From positions 1,920,001 to 1,984,000 of the forward strand of contig CBDIID010000003.1 in the NCBI GenBank assembly GCA_965279515.1: 64,000 bases of DNA, read 5' to 3'. The translations under genes and the position numbers were made by a program. Shown in pieces: positions 41,201-50,701 of this stretch (position 1 is the stretch's first letter; each line of letters starts with the position of its first letter). Source of the stretch: Turneriella sp. (lineage in GTDB: Bacteria > Spirochaetota > Leptospiria > Turneriellales > Turneriellaceae). The notes beneath the pieces are model-generated. The model did no database searches, was not told where the DNA came from, and saw only the letters and a program-made list of their open reading frames with translations.

Positions 41201-44200
41201 TTACATATTCCTGCGGTAACTGCCGCCGACCTCATAGAGCGCCCCGGTAATCTGACCCAAAGAGCAGGTCTTCACCGTCTCCATGAGTTCGGCAAAGACA
41301 TTGCCCGATTTAAGCGCGACGTGGCGCAGCTTATCGAGCGCTTTCGGCGTTTCATCGGCGTGGAATTTTTCGAATTCACCGAGCGAGACAATCTGCCGCT
41401 GCTTTTCTTCGTCGGTCGAACGCATGAGTTCGCCATGGTAATATTCCGTCTCTGCGCTGAGAAAGGTGTTCACACCGACAATCGGCAGCTCGCCCGAAGA
41501 TTTCAGCTTTTCGTAAAATAAACTTTCTTCCTGGATCTTGTTGCGCTGGTACATCGTCTCCATCGCGCCCAAAACACCGCCGCGGTCTGAGATGCGGTCG
41601 AACTCTTTGAGGATGGCCTCCTCCACAAGGTCGGTGAGACGCGTGATGAAAAAGCTACCCTGCAGCGGGTTTTCATTTTTAGTGAGCCCCAGCTCGCGGT
41701 TGATGATGAGCTGAATGGCAATCGCGCGGCGCACGGATTCCGGTGTCGGTGTTGTCACCGCCTCGTCGTAGGCATTGGTATGCAGGCTGTTGCAGTTGTC
41801 CATGATCGCATAGAGCGCCTGCAACGTAGTGCGGATGTCGTTGAATGAAATTTCCTGCGCGTGCAAACTGCGGCCGGATGTCTGGATGTGGTACTTTAAT
41901 TTTTGCGAGCGCGCGTCGGCCTTATAGAGATTGCGCATGGCAATCGCCCAGATGCGGCGCGCCACGCGGCCGATCACCGCGTATTCGACATCCATACCGT
42001 TCGAGAAAAAGAAACTGAAATTGCGCGCAAAGGCGTCGATCTGCATGCCGCGGCTCAGGTAATATTCGGCGAGAGTAAAGCCGTTCGCGAGCGTGAACGC
42101 GACCTGGGTGATCGGGTTTGCCCCCGCTTCGGCAATATGATAGCCTGAAACGCTGACTGAATAAAAGTTCGTCACATCGTTGTTGATGAAGAACTGCTGG
42201 ATATCCCCCATGACCTTGAGAGAAAATTCGGCAGAGAATATGCAGGTGTTCTGCGCCTGATCTTCCTTTAGAATATCAGCCTGCACCGTGCCGCGCACCT
42301 GCGACAGCGTCTTCTTGCGGATGTTCGCGTAAACTTCGGCAGGCACGACGTGCTCGCCGGAAACACCGAGGAGTGACAGGCCCAGGGAATTGTGGTTCTC
42401 AGGCAGTCCGTCGCGGTATTCGGGTGGTTTCAGGCTTTTTGCGCGGTAGAGATCCTGGATTTTCTTTTGTGCTTCGGCAAGTTTACCTTCGTTTTTAAGA
42501 TAGGTCTCAATCTGCTGATCGACCGCGGCATTCATAAAGAACGCGAGAATCGTCGGTGAAGGTCCGTTGATCGTCATCGAAACGCTGGTTGTCGGTGCCG
42601 AAAGATCAAAGCCCGAATAGAGCTTTTTCATGTCGTCGACCGTGCAGATCGAAACTCCGGCATTGCCGATCTTGCCGAAAATGTCGGGCCGTTCCGCAGG
42701 GTTCTCGCCATAGAGCGTGATCGAGTCGAAGGCCGTTGAAAGCCGCGCGGCGGGTTGCCCCTTTGCAATCAGGTGAAAGCGTTTGTTCGTGCGCTCGGGC
42801 GAACCTTCGCCCGCAAACATGCGCGTTGGATCTTCGCCTTCGCGCTTGAACGGAAAAACGCCCGAGGTAAAGGGAAATTCGCCGGGAATATTCTCTTTGA
42901 GAATGTACTCAGCAAGAGCACCCCAATCTTTAAAGGGAGCCGGCGCGACCTTGGCCGTCAAGGTATCAGAAAGCGATGGCACGCCCGCACGCACAGTAAT
43001 CTCTTTGTCGCGCACGTTGTAACTAAAGGTCTCTTTGCTATAATCGCGGCGTATCTGCTCAAACGATTCCAAAGATTTCAGGAGCTTTGGATCGATTTTA
43101 CCGCGCAACTCTGTTTGTTTTGCATCAATGCCCGCCGCCGCAGCGCCCGTGAGCAGGCTTTTTGCTGTCTCAAGCGCCTGTATCTGCCGCGCGAACTCGG
43201 CTTGTTCTTCCGCATTGTGGTGATAGCCGCGCACGGCGTCGGCGATTTCTGAAAGATAGCGCGTGCGCTTCGCAGGAATAAAATCATCGCTGACAGAAGC
43301 CGACTCGATCACGACGGCCGGCTTGAGATCGCCTTTAAGCAAACCTTTCTTCTGCAGAATGCCGGTGAGTGCCGCAAAGGCATCATCGACGAGCTTGTCG
43401 CCAAAACGGTTCGCCACCGTGGGATAAATCGGCAACTCTTCGTCCTTTTGCGTCAGCAATGCATGATTGCGGCGATACTGCTTACGCACCTGAATAAGAG
43501 CGTCTTCGGCGCGCACGCGATCGGACTTATTGATGATGACCATATCGGCATAATCGAGCATCGCGATTTTCTCGAGCTGCGTTGCCGCGCCATACTCCGG
43601 CGTCATGACATAGACCGACATGTCGCAGAGATCAGTGATTGCGGTATCTGACTGGCCGATGCCCGCCGATTCAATAACGATGAGATCAAACTTTTCACCA
43701 CGCAAAAAAGCGAGGATGTCTTTGAGTGTCGACGAGATCGCCGCGTTATCTGTACGCGTCGCGAGTGAGCGCATGAAGATTTTGCCGTCATTGACAGAGT
43801 TGAGCCTCAGGCGATCACCCAGGAGAGCACCGCCGGTTCTTCGTTGCGTCGGATCAACGGACAAAAGAGCGAGTTTCAGACCAGGATACAACAATTTAAA
43901 GCGGCGGAGAAATTCATCGATGAGCGAAGATTTACCCGCGCCGCCCGAGCCGGTGAAACCGAGCACGGGAACTTTCCCTTGCCCCCGATTCACATCGGGG
44001 GCAAGGGCACCCGATTCAATCTGTGATATGCGGCGCGAGAGCAAATGGCCATAGTCTGAGTAGAGATCCCCCTCTGCTTTTTCTGGACGTTTCGATGCAG
44101 CCGCCTTGGCAATCATGTCGCGCGCCATACCGTCAAGACCGAGCGCGCGCCCGTCATCGGGCGAATAGATACGCTCAACACCATAGGCCATGAGGTCCTT

Positions 44201-44503
44201 GATTTCGCTGTCGACAATCACGCCGCCGCCGCCACCAAACACCTTGATGTGCGAGGCGCCGGCCTTTTTCAGCAAGTCGATCGTGTATTTGAAATATTCG
44301 TTGTGCCCGCCCTGGTATGAGCTGATCGCGATGCCATGCGCGTCTTCTTGCAGGGCGGCGATCACGACTTCATGCACCGGCCGGTTGTGACCGAGATGCA
44401 CGACCTCGGCGCCTTCGCGCTGCAGAAACCGGCGGATGATATTGATCGAGGCGTCATGGCCGTCGAAGAGCGACGTCGCCGTGACAAAACGAATTTGATT
44501 CAT
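41201..44503 (-). CDS. icmF: Fused isobutyryl-CoA mutase (B12-binding + MeaB-like GTPase + mutase domains)
   Basis: FDGHDA B12 motif, GSGGAGKSS P-loop, RLSTAFDS, GTVQADILKE, SGYHIAEAGA and SLHTNAYDEA; 1100 aa. Confidence 0.93.
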   Translation of the reverse strand: MNQIRFVTATSLFDGHDASINIIRRFLQREGAEVVHLGHNRPVHEVVIAALQEDAHGIAISSYQGGHNEYFKYTIDLLKKAGASHIKVFGGGGGVIVDSEIKDLMAYGVERIYSPDDGRALGLDGMARDMIAKAAASKRPEKAEGDLYSDYGHLLSRRISQIESGALAPDVNRGQGKVPVLGFTGSGGAGKSSLIDEFLRRFKLLYPGLKLALLSVDPTQRRTGGALLGDRLRLNSVNDGKIFMRSLATRTDNAAISSTLKDILAFLRGEKFDLIVIESAGIGQSDTAITDLCDMSVYVMTPEYGAATQLEKIAMLDYADMVIINKSDRVRAEDALIQVRKQYRRNHALLTQKDEELPIYPTVANRFGDKLVDDAFAALTGILQKKGLLKGDLKPAVVIESASVSDDFIPAKRTRYLSEIADAVRGYHHNAEEQAEFARQIQALETAKSLLTGAAAAGIDAKQTELRGKIDPKLLKSLESFEQIRRDYSKETFSYNVRDKEITVRAGVPSLSDTLTAKVAPAPFKDWGALAEYILKENIPGEFPFTSGVFPFKREGEDPTRMFAGEGSPERTNKRFHLIAKGQPAARLSTAFDSITLYGENPAERPDIFGKIGNAGVSICTVDDMKKLYSGFDLSAPTTSVSMTINGPSPTILAFFMNAAVDQQIETYLKNEGKLAEAQKKIQDLYRAKSLKPPEYRDGLPENHNSLGLSLLGVSGEHVVPAEVYANIRKKTLSQVRGTVQADILKEDQAQNTCIFSAEFSLKVMGDIQQFFINNDVTNFYSVSVSGYHIAEAGANPITQVAFTLANGFTLAEYYLSRGMQIDAFARNFSFFFSNGMDVEYAVIGRVARRIWAIAMRNLYKADARSQKLKYHIQTSGRSLHAQEISFNDIRTTLQALYAIMDNCNSLHTNAYDEAVTTPTPESVRRAIAIQLIINRELGLTKNENPLQGSFFITRLTDLVEEAILKEFDRISDRGGVLGAMETMYQRNKIQEESLFYEKLKSSGELPIVGVNTFLSAETEYYHGELMRSTDEEKQRQIVSLGEFEKFHADETPKALDKLRHVALKSGNVFAELMETVKTCSLGQITGALYEVGGSYRRNM

Positions 44504-45237
44504 GTCCGTTTAACTTTCCTCTGCCGCTTGCGCAAGATAGCCGTATAAGGCGGCAGCAGCACGCGCCAATTGGTGTAGAGATAACGCAGCCCCGAGATCG
44601 CTGTAATCAGCGTTGTCAGCAGCAGCAGAAAATAGGGCACAGATTCAGCAAAATATTTATTGCGCTCTTCTTTGGGAATCTCATTCGACTTAAAGGACTG
44701 TACGGCCTTGATAAGCATCGATCCGGCGATTTCGATATTCTTTTTACCCGCCGCACGGCCTTCGGCGTAGGTCGCCGAAATATCGAATGGCAACGCGCGC
44801 ACGATCAGAATCAGAATGATGAGCACGATCGAAAACATCTGGAACAGGGTCTTGGCTTTGCCGAGGCGCGTCGTGCGGATCTCCGCACCCTTGCGGATCG
44901 CGAGGTAACGCATCAGCGTTACCAGCATGTCGCGCAGGATAATGATGATAACCATGTAAAGAGGCACAGCCTGATCGAGCAGAATAAAAATGATGAGCGT
45001 CGCAATCACGAGCGCCTTATCGGCGAGGGGGTCCAGAAAGCGGCCCAGCGGAGACTCCTGCTTCCATTTGCGCGCGAGATAGCCGTCGAAAAAATCTGTG
45101 ATCGAAGCGATGCCGAAAATCATCAGAGCCAAAAAACGATCGCCCGGATGCTGCGAGAGCAGGTAATAAAGAAAAAACGGAATCATCACGATTCTCAGAA
45201 TTGTCAGAAAGTTAGGCAGGTTGAGCCATGCCAGCAT
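44500..45237 (-). CDS. pgsA: CDP-diacylglycerol--glycerol-3-phosphate 3-phosphatidyltransferase
   Basis: NLPNFLT.LR and TDFFDGYLAR...G.FLDPLADK CDP-alcohol motif; GKAKT. Confidence 0.88.
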   Translation of the reverse strand: MLAWLNLPNFLTILRIVMIPFFLYYLLSQHPGDRFLALMIFGIASITDFFDGYLARKWKQESPLGRFLDPLADKALVIATLIIFILLDQAVPLYMVIIIILRDMLVTLMRYLAIRKGAEIRTTRLGKAKTLFQMFSIVLIILILIVRALPFDISATYAEGRAAGKKNIEIAGSMLIKAVQSFKSNEIPKEERNKYFAESVPYFLLLLTTLITAISGLRYLYTNWRVLLPPYTAILRKRQRKVKRT

Positions 45238-45336
45238 GGGGTTAACTGGGTTTCAGAGACCCTGCCTCAAGAAGAATTCGAAGAGTCATCGGTCACCCAG
45301 CGCCTGAAAGATGCAATAATCGGCCATTACGGCGCT

Positions 45337-46041
45337 TTATTTAGCACCGGGGCCGACGAGCAGAACCGCCGCCAACTGGAAGGGACTGGTTACGATATCG
45401 ACGGGTACAGCGATTCCATACCAGGCATACAGCAAAGCAAGTTGAAACCGACTCCGCTGTACCCACTCGATGTCGCCGAGCACCTCACTGTACTCGGCAC
45501 CCGGCGCTTGCACGAAATATGCCAACTCCGATTCTTTCTGCCAGAAACCGTGCATCGCGCTGAAGGTATAGGTGTTGCTGAAATCCATGACCAAAAGTCC
45601 CGCGGGCAAACCCGGCACGGCGGTGAAAGTGAAATGGCGCTTGAGGATATCCGCCAGATCTGTCTTATCACCCGGCTTGAGAAACAGAATGGTGCGAAAG
45701 GCCTTCTCGTCCATGCAGCAGGTATTTTGCTGAATCAGGAAAACATTTTCGTCGCTCGCAAACCTTTGGCGCGATTCAAAGAAACGTATGCCGCGCGGCG
45801 ACGATTCGACATTCAGATAGCGGCCTTCGCCGATCAGCAGCCGGTCGAATTGCATGGAGGCGACGCCGTCTTTCACCCGAAGGCGGCCCGGCAGAATACG
45901 ATAATTGCCCGTCGCGCCCTGTGAGCGGTCGAATTCGTTAATGCTCGAGCGGTATTCGCTGACCGCCTTGTTATTCCGCGTGGTCAGGCAGGCGGAGGCC
46001 ACAAGGGCAACGGTAAGTGGTAACAGCCAAAATCGGCCCAT
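45337..46041 (-). CDS. Hypothetical lipoprotein
   Basis: Lipobox (ASAC); C-terminal AVPVDIVTSPFQL hydrophobic motif. Confidence 0.7.
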   Translation of the reverse strand: MGRFWLLPLTVALVASACLTTRNNKAVSEYRSSINEFDRSQGATGNYRILPGRLRVKDGVASMQFDRLLIGEGRYLNVESSPRGIRFFESRQRFASDENVFLIQQNTCCMDEKAFRTILFLKPGDKTDLADILKRHFTFTAVPGLPAGLLVMDFSNTYTFSAMHGFWQKESELAYFVQAPGAEYSEVLGDIEWVQRSRFQLALLYAWYGIAVPVDIVTSPFQLAAVLLVGPGAK

Positions 46042-46165
46042 GTGCTGAGTTTTATCCGGGCCCTCTTACTGAAAGCAAAAACATGCTTCAGAGGCGGTGC
46101 GGACTACGCAAGGGGCTGCCAGCAGGTTGTTTAAAACGGTTCGTTTCGTTCACACCCGGGGATAG

Positions 46166-47224
46166 CTAATCATTGCGGCCAAAATCGATTACATAGGATA
46201 AGGAAAACCCCATACGGTACAACAGGTTTTGCTGTGGTTCATTCAAATACCTTAGGAAGGGCACCTGAAAAAAACAGGAAATTGCAAGCCCCGAAGGCCA
46301 CGCCACAATCATGCCGGGTGACACAAATGCCACAGTACCACCCGTATTCGTAATTGTCGTACCCGAAGATTCGGCGCGCGCCTGGTGGCGCATCGCAAAT
46401 TCAGCGAACAGAGAAAAGTTCGCCTCGTCGCGGCCTCCCCAGCGCTTTTGCAACGAGACGCCCCAGTCAAGACTGTCTCCGATCTTATAATTTTGTGACT
46501 CCGAACGCCGCGTAAACAATACCGAGGAGGATAGTGAGACCCCCTCCGCTATCCATCGCGAATATGCAGCAGCTCCTGAATAATCCCAGGCACCACTGCC
46601 CGGTGTGAGCGATGGTTCGTAGGAGTATTTCTGCGCCAGGGGGTCGCCACTCGCTGCACCCACAAGGTGAAACGAGGGATTTCTCGAATTAGACGCGTAG
46701 GTTGATAAGGGTTGCGATTCGTCGACGGCATAATATTTACCCAAGGGAGCCTTGACTGCAGCCAATACCGCAAAGCTGTGGGTTTCGTCTTTCAGCACAC
46801 GCCATTTCAGGCTAAAATCCGGATCAGCGATTCCGGCCACGGTGCCTAAGTCTAGTTGCCGGTATGTACCCCCTGAATCAATCAAGCCCTCGCGGATATT
46901 TTCTCCCCGGTAGTAACGAAACCTGAAACCGGCTTCAACACTGTCACGCAAACCATAGGCGATGGTTGTGACAGCCATGAGACTTTGGCGTATGGCGTCG
47001 ACATGGGTGCCCAAGCCCCCGGCTTTCTGTGTGAGTTCCTTGAGTTGTGCATCAGAAAAGCGCTCATAACTATTGCCTATGATAGCCTGCCCAAGAGCCA
47101 GAGTTCTTCTCTTCAATGTATTGGGTTCAATCAATGTTGCGCCGGCCCCGGTCGTCAAGGGGCCATGATCGGCACTGACGCTGCCCAATGAGATTGCGAA
47201 ACAGCAGATGTAAAAATATTTCAT
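46166..47224 (-). CDS. Outer-membrane beta-barrel transporter (MetA-pathway/phenol-degradation-like), paralog 1
   Basis: AGGAG RBS, signal peptide, GIAD...KAPLG...PGSGAWD pattern, alternating beta-strands; colinear with 50702-51793. Confidence 0.75.
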   Translation of the reverse strand: MKYFYICCFAISLGSVSADHGPLTTGAGATLIEPNTLKRRTLALGQAIIGNSYERFSDAQLKELTQKAGGLGTHVDAIRQSLMAVTTIAYGLRDSVEAGFRFRYYRGENIREGLIDSGGTYRQLDLGTVAGIADPDFSLKWRVLKDETHSFAVLAAVKAPLGKYYAVDESQPLSTYASNSRNPSFHLVGAASGDPLAQKYSYEPSLTPGSGAWDYSGAAAYSRWIAEGVSLSSSVLFTRRSESQNYKIGDSLDWGVSLQKRWGGRDEANFSLFAEFAMRHQARAESSGTTITNTGGTVAFVSPGMIVAWPSGLAISCFFQVPFLRYLNEPQQNLLYRMGFSLSYVIDFGRND

Positions 47225-47234
47225 GAAAAAACTC

Positions 47235-48488
47235 CTAAGGATTGTTGAAATGTCCTGCGGGCCAGGGGTTTGCATACGCCGGGTTATTGATAAACTTCGT
47301 ATCGGTGAGCGACTTCAGAAATTCAATGAGGTCAGCGCGTTCTTGCGTGGTAAGGGAAAATCCCTTGACGAAAGAATTTTTCAAGGGAGAAAGTTTTCCA
47401 TCTCCTGCATTAGGTCCCGAAGCAATCAACCTGCCCCCGCGGGCGTAATGATCAATGACGCCGTCGAGATCTGTGACCGAACCATCATGCATGTAAGGTG
47501 CGGTGAGTTCGACATTGCGAAGTGTGGGCGCCTTAAAACGCCCCATATCCGCCGCATTTCCCGTTACGTCCTTAATTCCCTGGCTGGCCGTGGGATACGC
47601 ACCGGTACCGCCCAGATTATAGAGACCATTATTCGCAAAATCTATTTCGGCAAAAGATTTGCGCGAGTGATCCTCGCTGTTCGTAAAATTGATACCTGTG
47701 TGGCAATGAAAACATTCGAGATTTTCGCTGTTAAAGAGATTCAACCCGTTTTTCGCTGATGCGCTAAGAGCTGCAGAGTCGCCCCGGTTATAGCGGTCAA
47801 AAGGAGAATCAAAGCCGATGATGGAGCGTTGAAAGACTTCGAGTGCGCGGGTTATATTCCCCATGGAAAACGGATCGCCCGTATCCGGAAATGCAGTGCG
47901 GAAAAGTTTTTGATAAATTGAATCTGCCCGCATTTCAGCGAGCCGGACATTTTCAAAGCCAGTCATGCCAAGTTCGACCGGATTCTCCCCGAAAATCGGT
48001 ACCTGCGCCTGAATATTCAGTCTTTTCATCAGCGGGTTTTCCCACGTAACGACCGGCTGCCACGCAATGTTGACAATATGCATACTGTTGCGCGGATGAA
48101 AATCCCCGGTCGAACCTTTCGCAGTGAGAATACGATCTGTTCCCGATTTTGAAAAATCAGCGCTGCCATCGTTGACATTCATGTCATCGGCAAATGCATT
48201 CGCCTGGTGATGGCAGGTGGCGCAGGCAAACGTCTTGTTACCGGAGAGCCGTTTGTCATAGAAAAGATGGCGTCCAAGTTCAACCTTTTCGTACGTCATC
48301 GGATTATCCGCCAGGACCCGCGGCGGTGGAATATTCGCGGGAATTTGCCAAACGTAATCTCCCGAGGGCGTTATCAGCTTCGGGGTGAAATTCTCGCACC
48401 CCACAGCCACAAGCAGCCCACCGCACGCGCCGAGCGCGCGTACGGAGACCGCTTGTTTTAAGGCGGTTAAAAAGCCGGAAACAATCAT
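47235..48488 (-). CDS. MbnH-type di-heme enzyme (bCcP/MauG superfamily), paralog 1
   Basis: LGRHLFYD.RLS, CATCH, CFHCH and FKAPTLRN...APYMHDG; adjacent to an MbnP gene. Confidence 0.88.
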   Translation of the reverse strand: MIVSGFLTALKQAVSVRALGACGGLLVAVGCENFTPKLITPSGDYVWQIPANIPPPRVLADNPMTYEKVELGRHLFYDKRLSGNKTFACATCHHQANAFADDMNVNDGSADFSKSGTDRILTAKGSTGDFHPRNSMHIVNIAWQPVVTWENPLMKRLNIQAQVPIFGENPVELGMTGFENVRLAEMRADSIYQKLFRTAFPDTGDPFSMGNITRALEVFQRSIIGFDSPFDRYNRGDSAALSASAKNGLNLFNSENLECFHCHTGINFTNSEDHSRKSFAEIDFANNGLYNLGGTGAYPTASQGIKDVTGNAADMGRFKAPTLRNVELTAPYMHDGSVTDLDGVIDHYARGGRLIASGPNAGDGKLSPLKNSFVKGFSLTTQERADLIEFLKSLTDTKFINNPAYANPWPAGHFNNP

Positions 48489-49459
48489 TCGACGCGGAAA
48501 AAAGACTGGGTCGAACTCTGTGTCACCTGACCACCGCTTACCGCCGCATACGATGTTCCGTTTGTCGCATCCCGTGCTGCATTTGTTGTACCTGTATAAC
48601 TATAGGCGAGTCCAAGGCGAGGCATGACAAAACGGCATTCCGGATCGCCGGTTCCCGACATACATCCGGCAGGTGCTCCCTGGTCCGCAGTGTTCAGGTT
48701 CAGATCGCGCACGACTTCTTTAAGGTCGGCGATAATGCGCAGCGAAGAAAGTGACGACAAACCGTTTTGGTAGGCTTCGGGAATATTCAGAGTCACCTCG
48801 GGGCGATTCGGTGTGGTACAGGTTACCTGATCCTGCGTTGCCCCTGTTTGTGTGCAGCTTAAGCTACCAATATGAACATTGAAAGCCGAAGCGTCATATC
48901 CGCCACCGCCTGAGGTCAGAAAGTCGAGCCGGGCTGCTTTGCGTCCACTCGTCCACGACCAGTAAAGAGCCGCAACATTGAGAGGGGCTGGAGCATTGTT
49001 CACGTCAAGATGATTCAAGCTGGATGGAATCCCGAGCGTGAATTTAATCTTCGAGTACTTATCGCCTGCCGTCACCGCAACAGTCCCCTTAACCTGGGAA
49101 TTTGTTGCGCTCGTAGGGCCGGTAGTCGCTGCGCAACCGCCCGTACCATTCTCAAAATCGAGGAGTGTAACGTTTTGGTACTGCCAGGTATTGTCTGCTG
49201 TCAAAGAAACGGTGACCTCACTGCCGTCCGATTTCACCAGTTTTACGTCATGAATATAGAAACGAAAATCGCGCGCAGCAAGCTGGGTCGACCCGGTACC
49301 AACACCGGAATAAGTCGTACCGCAGGCAAAATCTGCCGAACCGACTTTGGCTTGAAAATTCAGGACTAAATCCGTGGTATTCGCATCGATCTGGGTTTTT
49401 ACGCATCCCGCGGTAAAAAACATACCGCAAAGCATGGTTATGATTATTTTGTTTTTCAT
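48485..49459 (-). CDS. MbnP-family copper-binding lipoprotein, paralog 1
   Basis: Lipobox, DFRFYIHDV, WQYQNVTLLDFE, F.LGIP..LNH, WSW, HIGS..C and CMS...DPEC. Confidence 0.85.
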   Translation of the reverse strand: MKNKIIITMLCGMFFTAGCVKTQIDANTTDLVLNFQAKVGSADFACGTTYSGVGTGSTQLAARDFRFYIHDVKLVKSDGSEVTVSLTADNTWQYQNVTLLDFENGTGGCAATTGPTSATNSQVKGTVAVTAGDKYSKIKFTLGIPSSLNHLDVNNAPAPLNVAALYWSWTSGRKAARLDFLTSGGGGYDASAFNVHIGSLSCTQTGATQDQVTCTTPNRPEVTLNIPEAYQNGLSSLSSLRIIADLKEVVRDLNLNTADQGAPAGCMSGTGDPECRFVMPRLGLAYSYTGTTNAARDATNGTSYAAVSGGQVTQSSTQSFFRVE

Positions 49460-49483
49460 TTTTTTCTCCTTGTAAATTTTGGG

Positions 49484-50131
49484 TTAAAAAGTCATGGCAA
49501 CGCTCAGAAGGGGTTGCACGCTTAAGGCACTCGCCGAATAATCCGTACTTGCCCCGCCGCCGCTGGCCGCCTGGCTGACGGTCCAAAAAAAATACGAGAA
49601 ATTCACCGCGCCACCGACAAAGATATGGGTGGCGATTTCATAATCGTATCCCACCCGCAAAGCGGCGAGCGGACTGACTGCTGTGTACGTGGTCGCCGTT
49701 GCCCCCGAAATCTTGAGCAGGTTTATGCTCGCGCCGAGACCGAGACCCACGTAGAGATTTTTTACTGGAAAATACCGCGCATACGCTGCGACAGGCACCT
49801 GGGTAAGCTGGGTCGTATTCGTCGCAGAACCGATCGTAGCATTATTCTTGTAGGTAACCTGGTATCCGCCGGATATCCCCAATTGAGAGCTACTGTTACC
49901 GTACCACAGGGTTACGCCAAACGCCGGCGAAAGCACGGCACCGTTATCGGAGCCATAGACCGTCTCAACCGCAGAAGCGTATGAGCTTTTTGTGGCGTAA
50001 TTGATACCGCCATAAACCTGACCGATAAGATTCGCAGAGCGCCAAAACTCGTGGGGTGCTGGCTTGGTTTCTGCGGACAGCGTTCCAAAACCGGCAAATA
50101 TTGAACATAGAAAAATAATTCGTAATTTCAT
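49484..50131 (-). CDS. Small outer-membrane beta-barrel protein
   Basis: GAGG RBS, signal peptide, ~8 amphipathic beta-strands, C-terminal Phe. Confidence 0.7.
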   Translation of the reverse strand: MKLRIIFLCSIFAGFGTLSAETKPAPHEFWRSANLIGQVYGGINYATKSSYASAVETVYGSDNGAVLSPAFGVTLWYGNSSSQLGISGGYQVTYKNNATIGSATNTTQLTQVPVAAYARYFPVKNLYVGLGLGASINLLKISGATATTYTAVSPLAALRVGYDYEIATHIFVGGAVNFSYFFWTVSQAASGGGASTDYSASALSVQPLLSVAMTF

Positions 50132-50249
50132 AAATTCCTCGTAATTAAAAATTTTTGATGATCGCGCACACCGGAAGTGAGCAAACAAAACGCCTGACCA
50201 CGCGACTCAATGGCGCGGGCTTTAAAGCGGAAATTGCTACTTGTGTGCG

Positions 50250-50639
50250 CTAAGCCCGGGGGGGCGGAGTTTCAATGTCGGCAAGGTATGAAATGTAAAG
50301 AGGAGAGCTGATTTGAATGGCGGAAACATGGTATTGCACCGCGGTTAATCCCACCTGATTGCCCGTGAATACCCAGCGCGCGAACGCTGGCAGCACAGAA
50401 TCGTCGGCTTCGTCGGCGCAGGGATGGTCGGCTTTCAGAATTTTCGCCTTTGCCATGGCCTTGTTCAGCCTGTTGCATCCGCAGGGGCAATCTTTGCCCT
50501 TTTGCACTTTCTGCTTTGTATGAACGCAGAGAAAATATTTCGGTTGCTGCGCCGTAGCAACTTCAAAAGCACCAGCGAGCTGAGCAATAAACAGCGTGAG
50601 GCCAAAGCCGTGCAAGATTTTACACCGGAACACGCGCAT
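50250..50639 (-). CDS. Cys-rich PPPR-ending leader protein A (candidate stalling uORF)
   Basis: Signal/TM, CVH...CPCGC...HPC, ends DIETPPPRA; paralog of the ORFs at 56745, 60174 and 61970. Start uncertain. Confidence 0.8.
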   Translation of the reverse strand: MRVFRCKILHGFGLTLFIAQLAGAFEVATAQQPKYFLCVHTKQKVQKGKDCPCGCNRLNKAMAKAKILKADHPCADEADDSVLPAFARWVFTGNQVGLTAVQYHVSAIQISSPLYISYLADIETPPPRA

Positions 50640-50701
50640 GCGTCCAGAATTGATGGCGAGACGCTCCGTCAAGAGATATAAAGATCTTTTATTTCACTTG
50701 T

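Noticed and set aside
45148..45924. 258-aa plus-strand ORF
   Set aside because: Overlaps pgsA and the lipoprotein gene on the opposite strand; no motifs.
46119..46140. CAGCAGGTTGTTTAAAAC, resembling a mobile-element end at the edge of the metal cluster
   Set aside because: Single copy, with no matching partner end or transposase found in the window.
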